Assembly: GCA_964199315.1 (NCBI GenBank)
Contig: OZ116703.1
Location: 28,024,001-28,088,000, forward strand
Direction of reading: 5' to 3'
Origin: Orbicella franksi
Taxonomy: Eukaryota
DNA: 64,000 nucleotides
Positions 59,172 to 64,000 of this stretch are shown in pieces. Both the position numbers and the translations under genes were made by a program. Under the pieces are notes generated by a model, which saw only the letters and a list, made by a program, of their open reading frames with translations, had not been told where the DNA came from and made no database searches. How positions within the stretch are numbered: the first letter of the stretch is position 1; each line of letters starts with the position of its first letter.

Positions 59172-59731
59172 GTGGCAAGACGAGACCTCTGACACTAAAG
59201 TCATGACCAAAGCAAACCAGCCCACTATCTACGTAGTCCTGATGAAGCATCAAATCAGATAGGCTGTCCACATCGTCGGTTTACCAGATGAACTCATCCC
59301 AAAGCAACTGTTGTTCGGTCGAGCTGTCCTCGGACAAGCACTCTAGTACAGTGGTGATCAACCCAAACGTTTTAAAGACACTCTTAAATCTTCCTGAATA
59401 CGTTTAAAAATAACCACATGTCCTGGAAATTAGCAACGCTGAATCGCTCCACCTGGCGTGGCCTGATCAACAAAGGCACCAAGAGGCCTGAGGTGAAACG
59501 GGCAGCAGAAGCCGAAAGAAAGCGACGCCAGCGCAAAAAACGAGCGGCAAGCACCTTCACTGACAGCCAACCCCAAATCTGGCCTGTGATTGTGTGTGGG
59601 AGGCACTTTCGTGCCTGGATTGGACTCTCCAGCCATCTCCGGACACATCCAAGCAGGACACATCCAAGCCCGACCTAATTTTCTTAGGGTGGTCAGTGGA
59701 CCTCATCACCTGCGATGGACGAACATCATTA
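59172..59731 (+). mobile_element. 5'-truncated RTE-clade LINE insertion with 9-bp TSD
   Basis: Remnant WQD..DT.V...AN.PTI...Q.R*A.H...PD..IPKQLLFG...KRFKDTLK...NRSTWR...CGRHFRAWIGLSSHLRTH (RTE C-terminus with zinc-finger-like motif). 3' motif GATGGACGAAC. CATGCTCAT direct repeat at 59163-59171 and 59732-59740. Confidence 0.85.
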
Positions 59732-60121
59732 CATGCTCATTAAAATCCATTTGAACGCAATTGGCGACAATGTTTTTGTCATTTAGTGGTACTTAGTTCG
59801 TCATTTGAACAAGCTCGTTTACACCACAATCTGATTGGTTTCTGGACTCTCTTTTCTCTCGCCTGAATTCAATCCCTATATATAGCGTGGGGAAGGGCGG
59901 ACAAATAGCTCCACCAATGTTTGACCCCTCGAGGATGAAAATTCTTTATATAGCATGCGCACGTTTGAGAGCTCAACATTGATACGGACAAGGGGGAAAG
60001 GGTAGGTAAGAGAAGGAGAGGAAGAAATATCTCAACCTTAATTTTCAACTCTCTTGTTTACAAACGGTTATAATTCCCTGTTAGCATTAAAAGTATCAAT
60101 TGGCAAATTTATTGTCATTTA

Positions 60122-60657
60122 CCATAAATCCTCGAATTAGCGCCCGGGGCGCTTATTTCAAATTTAGGAGAAGATGGGGGGCGCTTATTCGAGGGGGGCA
60201 CCTAATCAAGGGGTGGGGGGGGGGGGGCACTTAGTTAATTTTTCCCAAATCGTGCCCTGACATGATCTTTTCTTAGTACATCATCTGCGCGTAAACAACA
60301 ACATAAGCTGTTTATCGACATAAAAAGCTGATCCTCAAGTTTAAATCGCGGCACCGTTAGTATTTAACGTGTTCACTTAACGGTCCTTAACGTGTTCACA
60401 AACTGAAACATCTAATACTACACGACGAAAACTATACATCCTTTGTTGGCTCAGTACTCGTCCACAAAATGGGGGAAGGAGAGTGGGGTGCTTATTCTAG
60501 GGGGGGGGGGGGGCGGCGCTCATTTTAAATTTTGGCCGATTGGAGGGGCGCTTTTTCGAATGGGGCGCTTATTCAAGAGGGGGGCGCTTATTCGAGAGGG
60601 GGCGCTTATTCGAGAGGGGTGCTTATTCGAGAGGGGGCCTTATTCGAAGATTTACGG
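60122..60657. mobile_element. Tc1/mariner(pogo)-like MITE with internal GGGGCGCTTATTCGA repeats
   Basis: TA flanks; TIRs CC(A/G)TAAATC(C/T)TCGAAT. Confidence 0.75.
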
Positions 60658-63600
60658 TATAACAGAGGATGTCACTCCGACGGTGTTAACATTTACGCCG
60701 GATTGATCCATATGCAAAGACGAAACCTCGTTCTCGGTACTTGCGGGGGAACATCATTAAAAAGAGATTTTAAAATGTCATCATTGTTTGCATTTGAAAA
60801 GACTCCCCCCGCATTAGCCTTAGTCGCAAGCTAGTTCCATTCCGAATATGGTCTGTTTACGCAGGCATTTCCCGCTTAGCGCTGGTCACGTGACGTTACT
60901 TTGACTACTGATTGGCTCACCATTTTTACGTTGCTGTGATTGGCCATTGGACTACTATGGTTTGTTTTAGAGTACCCGGCTAAAAACCACTCCTTGAACT
61001 TGAATTAGGTTACAAAACTATTCTTTGTAAATACTAGTATACGGGAAAAATACGTTGTGGAATAGCCAAATTAAATAATGTATCTTAGATTCTATTTAAT
61101 TGTTGACATAGCGTTTAATTTTTTACTTTCTTGCCCCTAGCCTTGTGAAAATTTAATTGTTAAGCTTCTCATTAAAGGCAGCCGTAGGAAGCAGATGTGA
61201 TAGATATATTTTTTTCAGTTATTGAGTCTTCCTTCTTAATTTTAGTCTTAAAGACCTGAATGTGGGCAAGCTTATAGTGATTTCGATTCGAATCGGAAAT
61301 GATTGACAAAGAACAAAAATATAATTAATTATTCATAAGTTACAATCTCGTTTCTTACCCTAAATTACAGTGATTATGTTTTGAATAAAATTATTTGCTG
61401 ATCAAATCAGCAAATTCAAGTTTGTTTTAACATAGCTGCAGGTTTGATTTGTTTGTCGAAAGCTGTGCATTGCACTGAATTTCCGTGCTTCTTCCATCGT
61501 GATAGCTTTATACCCGGATTATCATAAACATGTAACGAAAAAAAAAAAATCAACAAGTAACGAGTTGACCAATGCACCTGCTACAAGACCAGAGCTAGCG
61601 GCAACATGTACAAACTAAGTTTACTCTCAAATAATCATGATTTCCCTTTTGCTTTCAGGGAATAGTTTTCGGTCAGAAATCTTGATCGAGGAACGTGGAG
61701 AGATGAATTTTACATTACAGTAGGGCCATTAAACAGAGACCCGCAGATTCATCAACAGCTTTTCCACTGAGCTGGTGACATAAAATAATCGAATCTAATT
61801 AAATGGCGATCGAAAGCGTTAAGCTGTCGCCACAGTTTCGTTTATCTCTTTTCCAGGAAGATAACTGTACATCCAATCATCTCTTGATTCAAGAGTAATT
61901 TTACTGCTGGAGAAAATCGACTCTAGGAAGTATTTGTGACGAAGAAGGACTTCTTGCTTTTTTTGACTAACAACCTGGCAGCCGCAGTTCATACATACTT
62001 GTCATATTTTACATCAGCGATGTTTTGACAACCGTTAATGGCTTAAATATTAAGCAATCTTAACTAACCGCCGAGAACAAGAAACCCAAATCACCAGTAA
62101 GACCAGAAAACCATCAATTATAAATTGGGTAGCTCTCGCTTTTCTCAAGACGGTGAAAAACAAATCGTACTACTCAAGACGCATATCTGAGAACTGGGAA
62201 GTGAAGCTAAAAACACGAGCTCTTAAATTTATTAAATTGCGTTGGTGTATGGGCTGTAACCGAATTTATCGCTGTCTTTTTTTTTTTCGTTTTGCCCTTG
62301 GCGTTGATTGCATTAAAAAAAATGCGATATTTAGCTACATTCGAAAAGCCGAAACAATTATGCCATACAACGCTAACGTAGTTAAAAGGAAACAAAATAG
62401 TTTTGAAAACTGTGTACGGCATGCTAAACGACCTGCTTTCGCTACATCAGCACGGAAATACAATGATGAATTTAGATATATTTATATATCTTTAAGGAAG
62501 AGTATTATCATTTTGACACCAAAACCAATAAACCGGAAACGCTCGAGAAGCGAGATTCTCAAAACCTTCCAAAGAAGGAGGCAAACACACTGATTAAATA
62601 TGAACTTTAAACAGTAGCTTCAAGAAATATTTCTCGTTAAATGTTTACCAGCAAAAATGAGGAGGTAAAAATTTTATTTTTGTCCAATCGATTTTGGTGC
62701 AAAACAACTGCGAGGAGAAAGCAATATATTTTGAAGGGCTTTTCGGCCGCGTTAACTGCAGCAAAAAATCTTTACACCTGTAGTTTGATATTAACATTCG
62801 GCTGTGCTCGTTCCGCTTCACGATTGGTCTATTTTTCATGTTAATTGCTCACTTTCGTTTACTTTGTTCCCGCCGTCCAATGAATTTACTCGAAACTAAA
62901 AAAAACCTTTGCATGATCATTCTCGCCAATAAAGGAATAACAGAGAGCGACCTTGTTTGTAATTCGGAAGCTTGAAACGAAAGGAACAGCTTCAGAACAT
63001 TTTAAATCAACTTTCCAGTGGCAATATGGATAGAACGCAGATGTTGAAAACGGTTGAAAGTTTGAGAGATCAGCTGCGAATTTCACGGCTTCCCGTCTCT
63101 ATATGTAGCAACGAGTAAGTTGGCGGCGGCCGATCTTGTCATTTAAATATGTAAACTTGTAGGTTTTGTAGCATGGAGCGATTACACTGTTCACGGCAAA
63201 CCGGGAGTCTCTTCGAATCAGAAGCGCGTCCAAAAGGTCATTTTTTTTCGCTATTTACTACATCGACCACGAAATTTGAATTTTAAGCGACTTACTATGT
63301 TTGCTAAGTGTTGTGTTTTCATAGGAATAAGCGATTTTTAGGTGGGTTTTCAAATGGCTTCAACACAGCCAAACGAGAGCTCCAATCTTTTCTATCGAAA
63401 AACTGGCTCAATCGAAATCACAGTAGCTCGGAGATTTAATCGAACCTCTGTTGGTTTAGGAATCAGTTGAATTTAAGAGCAGTTCCCTAGCTGATCTCTC
63501 TATACGGTAAGACAAACACAGTTCCATATTATAAGTTTTACCTGGAAATCCCACAAACTGTATTTCAACCATAAACAAAGCCGTTTACACGACAAACGTT

Positions 63601-64000
63601 GTTTCCGCTTAAAACTTTGTGCGGACGGAACTGTGAGTTTTCCTCGTATAAACTAAGACTGCAAGATGTTAAAATCTTTTGAGCTGAAGGCGTAAACTTT
63701 TTGGATCAATACGTTACAAAACTAGTGAATTGATCTATATATAATCTGTAATTTTACCGCGCCTGAAATTCATTCGCCCGTATAAAATGCGCACCCTGAA
63801 AAGAGACCGACGGCGTCGTTTGGTTTACTCCGGGTGAACTTTACCGCTTGCCAGGTATCAGTGATATTATGAGTGACTGAATTTTTTTTCTTTGATTATC
63901 CCATTCAGGCTGAAGGAGTATTGCACACAAAATGGCACAAAAGATCCTCTTATTCACCCTCCCGAAAGACGAGAAAATCCCTTTGCAGAGAAGCAGAAAT

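Noticed and set aside
60700-63100. Short ORFs (e.g. 62153-62593)
   Set aside because: Low-complexity AT-rich translations with no motifs or splice support.

Overview
AT-rich animal genomic DNA. The repeat landscape (tRNA-containing ~270-bp units, many small TIR elements, DIRS) suggests an anthozoan cnidarian such as a stony coral; this is inference. The left 10 kb is a nest of mobile elements. A decayed DIRS-type tyrosine-recombinase retrotransposon (minus strand: gag-like, RT/RNaseH, adenine-methyltransferase-like, YR) is abutted, and probably interrupted in its 5' leader, by an intact 5.4-kb DNA transposon (4323-9724). That transposon has TAC..GTA termini, a perfect 6-bp TSD (TCTTGT), inverted sub-terminal arrays of a 21/23-bp repeat and an exactly duplicated 372-bp right end. 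It carries two convergent intact ORFs: an IS3-like DDE transposase and a HECT E3 ubiquitin-ligase-like protein with the catalytic Cys, a Cys4 zinc motif and a candidate p97/VCP-binding motif. This is the most interesting system in the window (IS3EU-like). The rest holds four host genes reconstructed from splice sites: TMEM184-family (+, 7 coding exons, 417 aa), a TTC34-like TPR protein (-, single coding exon, 1032 aa), RhoGDI (-, 5 exons, 200 aa) and PDI/P4HB (-, 8 exons, 515 aa, KDEL). MITEs, LINE fragments, SINEs and an inverted cluster of tRNA-Thr(GGT)-like repeats are interspersed. Coordinates were counted by hand and may be off by a few bases; no database searches were run.
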